Assembly: GCA_965287045.1 (NCBI GenBank)
Contig: OZ336873.1
Location: forward strand, 72,912,001-72,976,000
Origin: Carcharhinus amblyrhynchos
Taxonomy: Eukaryota
DNA length: 64,000 nucleotides
Reading direction: 5' to 3'
The notes below the pieces were generated by a model that had not been told where the DNA came from, searched no databases, and saw only the letters and a program-made list of their open reading frames with translations. The position numbers were made by a program, and so were the translations under genes. Below are positions 63,977-64,000 of the stretch, in pieces (positions within the stretch are counted from its first letter, which is position 1; every line of letters starts with the position of its first letter).

Positions 63977-64000
63977 ATGTCTATTAGCAGTGGCCCAGGG
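63977..64000 (+). CDS. Possible start of the main CDS (MSISSGPG...), open to window end
   Basis: Last ATG in the window and open to the edge; Kozak context is weak, so the real start may lie downstream. Confidence 0.2.

Larger units (their letters stand above)
63456..64000 (+). other. HIVEP3: 5' UTR portion of the large first coding exon of a Schnurri-family zinc-finger gene (HIVEP3 favoured, HIVEP2 possible)
   Basis: Acceptor ttgctctccAG|G at 63455/63456; unique, CpG-retaining sequence. Blocks CTTATGAAAC, CACCTGGGATCACTAGCA, CCAGGTGGCCAC, TCTGACACAACTTCAAGTGG and GACGGGCATCCAGGAA match human HIVEP2/3 leaders as I recall them; a leader over 500 nt fits HIVEP3. Not verified by search. Confidence 0.65.

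Overview
Eukaryotic, repeat-rich DNA from a shark: it carries HE1/V-SINEs, SacSINE1-like DeuSINEs, elasmobranch CR1 LINEs, and Penelope-like, Rex1/Babar, L2, RTE and Tx1 remnants. Almost all long ORFs in the track are retroelement debris. The window reads as the intron-dominated 5' region of a + strand Schnurri-family gene (HIVEP3 more likely than HIVEP2). Two non-repetitive islands look like its 5'-leader exons. One at ~47.5-47.8 kb holds a 55-75 codon ORF ending ...IITCRMTQQ*. The other begins at a clean acceptor at 63456 and is packed with upstream AUGs and a GC-rich stem-loop; the main CDS starts at the window edge or beyond it. This gene call rests on my recollection of the human HIVEP2/HIVEP3 leaders, not on a search. 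The best candidate for an undescribed system is this apparently deeply conserved uORF-peptide plus RNA-structure module. Secondary points of interest are hammerhead-bearing palindromic Penelope insertions, a young CR1 with a perfect 156-bp inverted self-duplication, and a 46-bp hairpin whose arm differences are all transitions and mostly G-U compatible. Boundaries of old repeats are approximate.
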